Assembly: GCA_964342815.1 (NCBI GenBank)
Contig: CAYFHS010000036.1
Location: forward strand, 1-44,487
Length of the DNA stretch: 44,487 bases
Reading direction: 5' to 3'
DNA from: an uncultured archaeon
GTDB lineage: Archaea > Thermoplasmatota > Penumbrarchaeia > JASLWR01
Shown here: piece after piece, positions 9,633 through 18,295 of the stretch
Position numbering within the stretch: the stretch's first letter is position 1
Layout: every line of letters begins with the position of its first letter
Position numbers and translations under genes: made by a program
The notes under the pieces: generated by a model
Database searches by the model: none
Told to the model about the DNA's origin: nothing
Seen by the model: only the letters and a program-made list of their open reading frames with translations

Positions 9633-12163
9633 TGGGTGTCAAAATATTGATAGTTGAAGCTGAGCGAATAGTTGCCGATGATATCGCCTCCTGCCTCAAA
9701 GGTATCGGTTACAAGGTTTCGGGAATCGTACCGACAGGTGAACAGGCTATAGAGATTATGGAGAAACAAAACCCGGCTCTGGTTCTGATGGACGTGATGC
9801 TTCAGGGAAAGATGGATGGTATTGACGCAGCAGATGAGATCAAAAAACGATTCGGTATTCCGATAATCTTTCTTACTGCCCGCACTGACAAGGAGACCTT
9901 TGAAGAAGCAAAAAGGACCGAACCGTACGGTTACATCGTCAAACCCTTTAGAGAAAAGGATCTTCACAGTGCTATAGAAATCGCTCTCTACAAGAGTGAA
10001 ATGGAGAAAAGGATCGAACACCTCAATGCGGTACTGGCGGCTATCAGAGGTGTCAACCAGCTCATCATACGCGAGAGGGACCGTGACGTTCTGTTGAAGA
10101 GTGCCTGCGACAAGCTGATAGAAACACGAGGTTATTCCGATGCCTGGATCGTACTTATGGGCCAAGACGGACAGTTCTCGGAGATATTTGAAGCCGGGTT
10201 GAATGAGAATCTCGCTCCTTTGATGGAGCTTTTGAGGCACGAAGAGATCCCCAAATGCGCAAGGAAGGCATTGAACCAGACTGAATTGGTGGCAACTGTG
10301 AATCCTTCCATGTCCTGCAGGTACTGTCCCCTGCTTGTGAGTGAGAGGATAAAAGGCCGTCTTACGATTCGTTTGGAAACACGGGGGAACGTCAAAGGCC
10401 TTTTATCGGTATCGCTCCCATCGAATCTAGTGAGCGATGTGGAGGAACAGTTATTGTTCACGGAGCTTGCAGGCGACATATCCTTTGCACTTCATGACAT
10501 CGAGCTCGATGAAAAGCGATTATATTCAGAAAAGGAGCTTATCAGACTCAACCGCTCATTAAAGACCCTGAGCAAGTGCAACATCGCAATGGTTCATGCC
10601 ACTGATGAAAGCGCTTTGCTGGAGTATGTCTGCAAGATCATTGTTAATGCGGGGGAATACGGTTTTGCATGGGTTGGTTATGTGGAGAAAGGTGATGGAA
10701 AACTTCGTCCCGTGGCTGTTGCAGGGCCCAATGATGCTAATCTAATTGAATCGGACCTTTCGCTGGCAGATGAAGGAGGGGATGCTGTTCCGGTTAAAGA
10801 GGTTTTGAGAACGGGCAGGGCTGTCATTTCGAATATGAAAACGAAAGACCCGAGATACGAAATTCATCGCACCGAAGCTTTGAAACGAGGGTACGCTTCA
10901 TTCATGGCCCTGCCTCTTCGAGAAGGGAAATGTACGTTTGGAGTAATAAATATCTTTTCATCGGACCCCGACGCCTTCGATGCTGAAGAGGTCAAATTGC
11001 TGAAAGAGTTGAGCGAGGACCTGGCATTCGGAATTACTACGATCCGGGCAAGGCGAGAGCACAGGAATGCAGTTGAAGCTCTGCGTGAGAGCGAGGAGAG
11101 GTACCGCGACCTCTTCGAAAATGCCAACGATCTGATACAGAGCGTGGACACGAAAGGTAACTTTCTATATACCAACAAGGCCTGGAGAGAGATCCTTGGT
11201 TACGACACTGAAGAGCTGGAGAACTTATCCATATTCGATATCGTTCATACCGATTGTAGGGAGGAATACAAAAATCTATTTGGCCGGGTTGTGAAAGGGG
11301 ATGTACCGGATACAGTGGAAACAGTTTTCGTAACGAAGAAAGGGAGGCGTATAATGGTGGAAGGTTGCGTTAACTGCCGCTACGAGGGCGGAAAGGCGGT
11401 TTCGACCAGAGGTATATTCAGGGATATCACGGAGCGAAAGAGGGCGGAGGCGAAATTGAGAAAAACCCAGTCGCACCTGCTGCAATCGGAGAAGCTGGCG
11501 GGGATGGGAACCATGGCGGCAGGTATCGCTCACGAGATAAACAATCCACTGCAAGTGATAATGGGAATGTCGGAGATCATACAGGATGAGGAGAGCCTGG
11601 AACAGATCCAGGAGGATGTAGGTGACATACTGGGAGCTTCCGAGAAGATCCAGAACATCGTGAAGAACCTTTCCGTGTATTCCCGTGATGCCAAGACGCT
11701 GAAGGTTCAGCCTCTCGATCTGAACAAGGTAATAAGGAAGAGCATCAGCGTTGCAAGATATTCCTCGAATTTTCTGGATATTGGTGTGGCCCTGGATCAA
11801 GAGCGACTCCCGGTGATAGAGGGTAACCCGGGTGAGCTGCAGCAGGTATTCATCAATCTCATCACGAATGCAATTGATGCCATGGAAGAATCGGGTATTC
11901 TTTCCGTAAGGACAAGGGCCGAAGAAAACTCGATCAGGATTGAAGTGAGCGATACTGGGAAGGGAATCTCACGTGAAGAGCTTGGAAACATATTCGATCC
12001 GTTCTTCACCACGAAGGATCCCGGCAAGGGGACGGGACTGGGACTCTATGTCATTCACCAGATCGTTGGGAAATACGGTGGAGGGATCGAGGTGGAAAGC
12101 GAAGTGGGGAATGGTACAAAGTTTAGAATCGCATTTCCTGCAAAAGACACAACGAATGGATAA
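9632..12163 (+). CDS. Hybrid sensor histidine kinase (REC-GAF-GAF-PAS-HisKA-HATPase)
   Basis: N-terminal receiver (LVLMD...YIVKPF), two GAF-like segments, PAS (YRDLFENANDLIQSVD), H-box AHEINNPL, N-box QVFINLITNAIDA, G-boxes DTGKGI, FDPFFTTK, GTGLGL. Start re-placed to ATG 9632. Confidence 0.93.
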   Translation: MGVKILIVEAERIVADDIASCLKGIGYKVSGIVPTGEQAIEIMEKQNPALVLMDVMLQGKMDGIDAADEIKKRFGIPIIFLTARTDKETFEEAKRTEPYGYIVKPFREKDLHSAIEIALYKSEMEKRIEHLNAVLAAIRGVNQLIIRERDRDVLLKSACDKLIETRGYSDAWIVLMGQDGQFSEIFEAGLNENLAPLMELLRHEEIPKCARKALNQTELVATVNPSMSCRYCPLLVSERIKGRLTIRLETRGNVKGLLSVSLPSNLVSDVEEQLLFTELAGDISFALHDIELDEKRLYSEKELIRLNRSLKTLSKCNIAMVHATDESALLEYVCKIIVNAGEYGFAWVGYVEKGDGKLRPVAVAGPNDANLIESDLSLADEGGDAVPVKEVLRTGRAVISNMKTKDPRYEIHRTEALKRGYASFMALPLREGKCTFGVINIFSSDPDAFDAEEVKLLKELSEDLAFGITTIRARREHRNAVEALRESEERYRDLFENANDLIQSVDTKGNFLYTNKAWREILGYDTEELENLSIFDIVHTDCREEYKNLFGRVVKGDVPDTVETVFVTKKGRRIMVEGCVNCRYEGGKAVSTRGIFRDITERKRAEAKLRKTQSHLLQSEKLAGMGTMAAGIAHEINNPLQVIMGMSEIIQDEESLEQIQEDVGDILGASEKIQNIVKNLSVYSRDAKTLKVQPLDLNKVIRKSISVARYSSNFLDIGVALDQERLPVIEGNPGELQQVFINLITNAIDAMEESGILSVRTRAEENSIRIEVSDTGKGISREELGNIFDPFFTTKDPGKGTGLGLYVIHQIVGKYGGGIEVESEVGNGTKFRIAFPAKDTTNG

Positions 12164-12237
12164 ATGGCGTTTATCATAATATATATTATTTGAGAGAAGT
12201 GTTTCCGGCACTATACTTAACTTTCACTTTTATAAAC

Positions 12238-12283
12238 AAATCATTTATGATTTAAAAATTGAAACAAAAGTTAAATACTTTTA
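12238..12283. promoter_or_regulatory. Inverted repeats upstream of abiEi (candidate autoregulatory operators)
   Basis: AAATCAT-tt-ATGATTT at 12238-12253 and AAAAGT-taaat-ACTTTT at 12267-12283 in the AT-rich leader. AbiEi proteins are known to bind promoter inverted repeats. Confidence 0.35.
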
Positions 12284-12299
12284 TTTAGATGTATATAGT

Positions 12300-13037
12300 A
12301 TGAGATCACATCGTTTCCTGAAGATTTTATCTTCGAAAAGTCCGGGCGTAATAACACCGGGTAGCGCAATAAAAATCACCGGTTATAATAAGGCATATGC
12401 CTACACTTATTTGAACCGCCTAGTAAATAGGGGTGAGTTGATTCGTGTGGAGAAAGGGAAATACGTGCTTCCCGGTACCACAGCACCCATAGTTGCTTCA
12501 AATCTTGTTCATCCTTCGTATATCTCATTGTTATTCGGATTGTTTATGCACCATCGAACGACACAAATACCCGTTGTTATAGATGTCATCTCACCAGTCT
12601 CAAAGAGGGAGATCGATTATAATGGATATAACATCTCCTTTGTCAAGTTCCCTCAAAGAAGGATTTTTGGGTATGCATCCGAACGAGCGGAGGGAAATAT
12701 GGCCCTGTCCCTCGGTTCCTTGGAAAAGGTCATAATTGACTGTTTGTATCTCCCAAAATATTGTCCGTTACAGGAAACATATTCAGCTATCCGGGAGGGT
12801 GTGGATGTACCGAGACTGATCGAAACCGGAATAAGAATGAGCTCAGGCATCACTCTGAAGAGATTGGGATACATCCTGGATACAATTGGTATCGACATCC
12901 ACGAAGATATCTCGAAATATATAAATTATAAATTCGATCCGCTGGATCCCATATCATCTACCAATGGAAGTGATGTGATCAAGGATCGGAAGTGGCATCT
13001 ATTGATCAATACAATTCTAAAAACTAAGGAGATATGA
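12300..13037 (+). CDS. Type IV TA antitoxin, AbiEi family transcriptional regulator
   Basis: N-terminal wHTH (LNRLVNRGELIRVEKGKY), SYISL...GL, SLEKVIIDCL motif; 4 nt upstream of an AbiEii-type gene. Confidence 0.87.
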   Translation: MRSHRFLKILSSKSPGVITPGSAIKITGYNKAYAYTYLNRLVNRGELIRVEKGKYVLPGTTAPIVASNLVHPSYISLLFGLFMHHRTTQIPVVIDVISPVSKREIDYNGYNISFVKFPQRRIFGYASERAEGNMALSLGSLEKVIIDCLYLPKYCPLQETYSAIREGVDVPRLIETGIRMSSGITLKRLGYILDTIGIDIHEDISKYINYKFDPLDPISSTNGSDVIKDRKWHLLINTILKTKEI

Positions 13038-13041
13038 GATC

Positions 13042-13803
13042 ATGATGAATAGAAGCGACCTTGGAAATATCATACATCCGTTTATTCTCACACTTGGCCA
13101 GAAAGAGAAGGATTACCTTCAACATATCATCTTATTATACATATTTAAACACAGTGACGACTCGTTGATCTTCAAGGGCGGCACCTGCATGCAGAAGGTA
13201 TATGGACTGAACCGTTTCAGCGAGGACCTGGACTTCACAATTAACCGAGAAATAGATGAAGAAAAGCTTGTAGCAAAGGTCGTAAAGGGTCTTCGATATC
13301 ATGGTTTTCCCTCTGAGATCGAAATTAAAAAACACGGGATCAATACCGGAATCAGATTTCTCATTCACGGTCCGCTATACGTGGGAACACGTCGTTCTAT
13401 GTGCTCTCTGAAAATGGACGTGAGCAGGCGGGAAAAAATTATTATGGATTCCGAATCAATCACAGTTTATCCCATTTATGATGAAATATTCCCGTATCTT
13501 GCCTTATGCATGAATAAAATGGAGATACTTTCGGAGAAGATCAGGGGGATTATGACCAGAGATACAACTCGTGACCTGTACGACCTGTTTTTTCTTATCA
13601 AGAAAGGAGTAGAGCCGGACATGAACATGGTGAACGAGAAGTTGAAATTCTATGATATGATGTTCGAGATGACGAGATTTGAAACCGCAATAGGAAAACG
13701 AGGGACGACCTGGGGAAGAGAGATTCGGAAATATTCTTCGTTCAGCTTGGATTTTGGAGAGGTTTCCCATACTGTTATCGGGTCTGTAAAAGAAGCGCTG
13801 TGA
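13042..13803 (+). CDS. Type IV TA toxin, AbiEii/AbiGii nucleotidyltransferase
   Basis: FKGGT...RFSEDLDF, EK(IRGI) and RDLYDL motifs. Confidence 0.92.
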   Translation: MMNRSDLGNIIHPFILTLGQKEKDYLQHIILLYIFKHSDDSLIFKGGTCMQKVYGLNRFSEDLDFTINREIDEEKLVAKVVKGLRYHGFPSEIEIKKHGINTGIRFLIHGPLYVGTRRSMCSLKMDVSRREKIIMDSESITVYPIYDEIFPYLALCMNKMEILSEKIRGIMTRDTTRDLYDLFFLIKKGVEPDMNMVNEKLKFYDMMFEMTRFETAIGKRGTTWGREIRKYSSFSLDFGEVSHTVIGSVKEAL

Positions 13804-13842
13804 ATTTGCGATTACATGACAAGACGGTGACTATTGGCCAGT

Positions 13843-14045
13843 CTTGGCTTGGCTTGCACAAGTAATGTCTGGGTAAGGGTGATGTAACGAATTACATCAA
13901 CAGTGACGTGCCAGTATGGTACGTCTTTACCAGAAAAGCCAAGTCCCGACATAGAATCGGAGATTCTATTAGGGCTAATAGAAACAAACCTTTCTATGTC
14001 GCCTACTGGCTTTGTTTGAAAGTTTGGCGAGCCAGCTGGGTCGCC
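13843..14045 (+). repeat. Diverged copy of the dispersed repeat merged with a hairpin-rich segment
   Basis: CTTGGCT..ACAAGTAAT (13848-13866) and 13911-13940 (22/30 identity) occur in the same order as in the reverse-complemented right-end repeat; several perfect stems. Confidence 0.55.
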
Positions 14046-14244
14046 TTCACTTCTAAACTCAATCCACCGGATATCATAGATTCTGTCAATTTATTATGTA
14101 GAAGGGTCTCTCAGTACCTTCAGTGTCATTTGTGGTGAGCAGGTCCAAGAAGGATTTTTTTATATAGGAATGTATACAATAATAGGATTAAATATTAAGA
14201 CAATTATCTTCGTTAAGAAATTGAAAAAATAATGCCGTGATATT

Positions 14245-14412
14245 GTGGAAAATCGAGAGAAATTCCTAAAAATGGTCGAAGCGAGGCGCCATAAAGAGCT
14301 GATGGAAGAAGCTTTACGCGCCCGGAACTTTACCTCCGCTGAAACACTTGAAATGGGCCTTGAGCTTATTAAATTCGCGCTAAAGTTCGGTGAGGTTACC
14401 AGAAATGCGTAA
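14245..14412 (+). CDS. Small helical protein (55 aa), putative MenA1-like antitoxin; absent from the ORF track
   Basis: Manual translation from GTG 14245: MENREKFLKMVEARRHKELMEEALRARNFTSAETLEMGLELIKFALKFGEVTRNA; stop overlaps the start of the NTase gene. Confidence 0.65.
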   Translation: MENREKFLKMVEARRHKELMEEALRARNFTSAETLEMGLELIKFALKFGEVTRNA

Positions 14413-14971
14413 TATGGAAGATATTCTAGAACTCGTATGTAAATATTTGAACGAGCATAATACAGAATATGCGATCATTGGAGGAATGGCCGTTATCGCA
14501 TTCGGCGTACCGAGGACGACAATGGATGCCGATTATATCATCAATATGGAAATTGAAGGGATGAAGAGATTGGCAATATTCCTGGGTGAGCACGGTTTTT
14601 TTTCAACGCCCATGGAGATTGAAATTGCTCTAATTGAGAGATCACATTTCACGGCAATAGAAAGATCTTCACTAATCAGATTGGATATCAAGGGAGTATA
14701 TGGACTCCGGGACCGTAGGACTATCAAAAACCGCCGCATGGTCGAATATAACGGCTTTGAGATGTATTTTGCCTCTCCGGAAGACACCATCGCCCACAAA
14801 TTATTGTATGGCAGCGAACAGGACTTGAAAGACGCTGAAGGAATATACGTCCGCCAACTCTCTAACCTCGACACAGCTTATCTTGAAGAGATATGTGATG
14901 AAATGGAAGTCGGAAAAGACCTGATCCTAATACGGAAGCGGATAGCAAATCATGTTGATAACAGTAGATAA
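14405..14971 (+). CDS. MenT1/DUF6036-like nucleotidyltransferase
   Basis: AIIGGMAV...PRTTMDAD (GG..RxTxDxD), SPEDTIAHKL, QDLKD; GGTGAGG RBS before ATG 14405. Confidence 0.85.
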   Translation: MRNMEDILELVCKYLNEHNTEYAIIGGMAVIAFGVPRTTMDADYIINMEIEGMKRLAIFLGEHGFFSTPMEIEIALIERSHFTAIERSSLIRLDIKGVYGLRDRRTIKNRRMVEYNGFEMYFASPEDTIAHKLLYGSEQDLKDAEGIYVRQLSNLDTAYLEEICDEMEVGKDLILIRKRIANHVDNSR

Positions 14972-15330
14972 ACTTATTTTCATTTAGGTAAACATCCGCC
15001 ATAGCATGCAAAAGATTCAGCGGAATCGGCCCTTTGGGCTCATGTTTCACCCTGATGAGTCCCTAGCGGTCTTTGGGATTTGCACCGTTGACAATATAAT
15101 GATATTCGGGTACATCCTTGATACATTCAAGGGCAGTTATCGGGCGGGCAAGGGTAGTTGTGGGAAGTAAAAAGTAGCGTAAACTTAAAGGCATGGGGCG
15201 GAACATTTATCTGAAATTAGCTATCCTCCGCAGCAATTTCTCACCTTACCGTGGATTTATGATTTAACGCTTTTTCTATATGCTTTTATTTTATTATATA
15301 AATTAAACCATACTTACTTATATATAAAAT

Positions 15331-16251
15331 ATGGATATAAATAAATTAATGAATAAAAACATACTTAAGGATCTCCGCTCTGTACTGCTGGAACGGACCC
15401 GCCTCGATAGCCTACCCGAAAGCACTTGGAAGCGGATGTCCGCTCTCAACACCTGGGGAACCAATGCCATTGAGGGCAGCACCGTCACGAGGGAAGAAGC
15501 TGAGTGTCTTGTGATCGATGGAACTAGCATTAAGGGTAAGCCTGTCGCCGAGGTTCTGGAGACGGTCCAGCACGAACGGGTGTTTCGTTCGCTTCCAAGC
15601 CTGACAAGTCGCGATATATCGCTTGAGACGATCCTTGGAATGCACGAGCAGGTCTTCTTCGGTATTTTTCAGGACGCAGGCCAGTGGAGAAGGGTCAACG
15701 TACGGATAAAAGGTGCTTCCTTCACCCCACCAAGAATGGAGAAAGTGGTTCGTGAACTTGAGAAATGGACGGCGGAGTATCGGCAGCGTGACATTGATGG
15801 TGAGGATACTTTCCTTCTAGGCGCCCGAATGCATTTCGATCTTGAGCGGATTCATCCCTTCAGCGACGGTAACGGAAGGATCGGAAGACTTCTTTTAAAT
15901 CTTCATTTTCTGATGCGGAACTGGCCTCCTATCCATGTTCTTCCGGAGCATCGGAAGGAGTATCTCGACGGGTTGAATTTTTCTCATACCGAAGGCGATC
16001 TATCATCTCTCGTTTACCTTTTCGAAAAGCTGATGGGCGCTAGCCTCCTGGACCTTCTGGACGAGGTGGGAACTTCTGAGGACGAGCTGATGACATTGAA
16101 AATGGCGGAGAAACACTCGCCATATTCTCACAATTATATCGCCCTTCGATGCAAGCAGGGAATGCTCCCTGCAGTGAGACGGACGGGAAATAAATGGCTA
16201 ACGAGCGGAAGAGCACTGCGGTTGTACGGTGATCACGCTGGGAGACGTTGA
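15331..16251 (+). CDS. Fic/AMPylase with N-terminal inhibitory helix and C-terminal HTH-like domain
   Basis: Canonical HPFSDGNGRIGR; inhibitory (S/T)xxxE(G/N) motif TNAIEG; C-terminal excisionase-like segment (YIALRCKQGMLPAVRRTGNKW). Confidence 0.92.
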   Translation: MDINKLMNKNILKDLRSVLLERTRLDSLPESTWKRMSALNTWGTNAIEGSTVTREEAECLVIDGTSIKGKPVAEVLETVQHERVFRSLPSLTSRDISLETILGMHEQVFFGIFQDAGQWRRVNVRIKGASFTPPRMEKVVRELEKWTAEYRQRDIDGEDTFLLGARMHFDLERIHPFSDGNGRIGRLLLNLHFLMRNWPPIHVLPEHRKEYLDGLNFSHTEGDLSSLVYLFEKLMGASLLDLLDEVGTSEDELMTLKMAEKHSPYSHNYIALRCKQGMLPAVRRTGNKWLTSGRALRLYGDHAGRR

Positions 16252-16540
16252 TGTTCCGAAATTAAGGAAACCTTTGAAAAAACAGTTGAGGAACCTCATC
16301 TCGACCGGAGAGCTAATGTCAAACATATCCGATAACGGGAAACTGCCAGCTTGCCGGCAAGAATCGGAACCAGTTCAAGATGTGATCTTCTACAGTCGTA
16401 AGTCACTTTTTATCACCACAGTACTATGTCGGTTTTGTGTGCTTGATTTATGAAATTTGTGCAGTTGATTGCATTAATTTATTAAAAAGTGTGCAGTTTG
16501 TTGGGAATGTTTAAATATAAGTTTCTCCCCTTTGTACTGT

Positions 16541-17836
16541 ATGAAACCAGGGAACTTACAGACCGTTATTATCGATCAAATGGAAGATACGAAAAGGATT
16601 TTCAGCTCAGAGAATATTATTGAACGAGAATTCTTTTATCATTGGGACAATGTTATATCTACTGATCTGGTAAAGGTCATCTACGGTGTGAGGCGATGCG
16701 GTAAATCGATATTTTCATTCCAATTATTGGAGCAGAGAGAATCAGCATATATCAATTTCGATGATGAGCGTCTTGCAGGAATAAAAACAGATGACCTCGA
16801 CGAAGTGGTCCAGGCATTTTATCAAGTTTATGGCGATACGAAATATATTTTGCTGGACGAGATCCAGAATATCCCTGGCTGGGAATTATTCGTCAGCCGC
16901 TTAATGAGACAAGGATTCAATGTTGTTATAACCGGAAGCAGTGCCAATCTGCTAAGTAAAGAACTTGCCACACATCTCACAGGCAGATATCTTCCCCTAG
17001 GGATATTTCCATTTTCATATCGGGAATTCCTTGCATACAGGGGGATACGAATTGAGAAGGAAAAGATATTAGGCACCCGTACGAAATCGATACTTATGAA
17101 GAACCTATATGATTACCTTGAAACAGGTGGATTTCCTGAGGCATTGAAATATCCGGATTACCGTAGAAAATATTTATCCACTCTCTATTCCGATATAATA
17201 TCCAAAGATGTTGTGGGTCGATTTAATATCCGATATATAAGGACATTGAAAGATATCGCCAATTATGTCATTTCCAATTTTTCCAATTTAATGACATATA
17301 ATCGGATCAAAAATAAATTTGAATTGAAAAGCGTACATACTGTCAAGAATTACCTTTCATATCTAGAGGATGCTTCCATTATTATCATGGTGGATAAATA
17401 TTCCTCTAAACACAGGGGTCGGATTGTCTCACCGAAGAAAGTATATGTCGTGGACGTAGGGGTGGCACAGGCCGTAGCGTTTTTTATATCAAAGAATTTC
17501 GGCCTGCTCATGGAAAATATAGTCGCAATAGAACTTTTTAGAAAGAAGGCTCAAGATCCAGCTATCGAACTGTTCTATTGGCGCGATTATCAACAACATG
17601 AAGTTGATTTTATAATAAAACGCGGGCAGAACATTGAGCGATTGATACAAGTATCGTATGCCAACTCAGATGACGATATCAACAAGCGAGAGATACGTGC
17701 ACTATTAAAAGCTTCAGAAGATCTAAAATGTGGCGTACTTACAGTCATTACCTGGGACTATTTGGATGAACGAGAAATTGCCGGAAAGGACATCCACTTC
17801 ATTCCACTATGGCACTGGCTTTTCACCAGCCAATGA
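16541..17836 (+). CDS. AAA_14 ATPase with DUF4143 / PD-(D/E)xK-like C-terminus
   Basis: GVRRCGKS, YINFDDERL, LLDEIQ, ITGSS, GGFPE, KKVYVVDVG, ENIV, EVDFII. Confidence 0.92.
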   Translation: MKPGNLQTVIIDQMEDTKRIFSSENIIEREFFYHWDNVISTDLVKVIYGVRRCGKSIFSFQLLEQRESAYINFDDERLAGIKTDDLDEVVQAFYQVYGDTKYILLDEIQNIPGWELFVSRLMRQGFNVVITGSSANLLSKELATHLTGRYLPLGIFPFSYREFLAYRGIRIEKEKILGTRTKSILMKNLYDYLETGGFPEALKYPDYRRKYLSTLYSDIISKDVVGRFNIRYIRTLKDIANYVISNFSNLMTYNRIKNKFELKSVHTVKNYLSYLEDASIIIMVDKYSSKHRGRIVSPKKVYVVDVGVAQAVAFFISKNFGLLMENIVAIELFRKKAQDPAIELFYWRDYQQHEVDFIIKRGQNIERLIQVSYANSDDDINKREIRALLKASEDLKCGVLTVITWDYLDEREIAGKDIHFIPLWHWLFTSQ

Positions 17837-17881
17837 GCAATATTCTGGATTCTTCACCAAGAGATGGATCGAGGGACAAGG

Positions 17882-17961
17882 GAATTTCGGCAGCGGGACA
17901 TTGAAGGTGAGGACACTTTCCTTCTCGTAGCTCGCATGCATTTCGATCTCGAGCGGATTCA
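17882..17961 (+). pseudogene. Fragment of a second Fic gene
   Basis: 80 nt encoding EFRQRDIEGEDTFLLVARMHFDLERI versus EYRQRDIDGEDTFLLGARMHFDLERI at 15775-15854; breaks just before the catalytic HPF. Confidence 0.85.
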
Positions 17962-18295
17962 GCAGTATCTGCGCGACCACGCGCCCGTTTCTCTCCGATG
18001 CCCGCTACGCTCCAGTGCATCGCTGATGCACTTGCATGATAATGCAACGGAGTGCCAACGGGAACAGGAACGTTCACATAGGGAATGTTCCGAGTATCGG
18101 GGATGTATAGTGAGTACACCGGTAGAATGTGATGTCCAGAATGGGTGGAAACCGTCGGTTAACAAATATACAAATGCTAAAAAAAATAAAATTTCCTTTT
18201 TCAGCTAAAAGAAAAAATAAGACCTGCACAATGATATGTTGTTTGCATGGGACCTTACTTCAGTTCCACGCATCCGATCTCGCATAGGTGTTGAC

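Noticed and set aside
13908-14138. 76-aa ORF within the hairpin region, with PVxxxFTxKA similarity to a frame of the end repeats
   Set aside because: The similarity is explained by the DNA repeat; close copies differ non-synonymously and contain in-frame stops.
15014-15080. Hammerhead-like CTGATGAG followed by a TCCC/GGGA stem and neighbouring hairpins
   Set aside because: The required GAAA after stem II is absent (TTTG follows) and no stem III/cleavage triplet can be built.
16437-16500. Three TGTGC(A/T) motifs upstream of the AAA gene
   Set aside because: Short and irregularly spaced; not distinguishable from chance without orthologues.
12164-18290. Integron-like cassette array (genes followed by palindromic spacers)
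   Set aside because: The spacers share no common attC-like core, the genes have their own AT-rich leaders, and no integrase is present.
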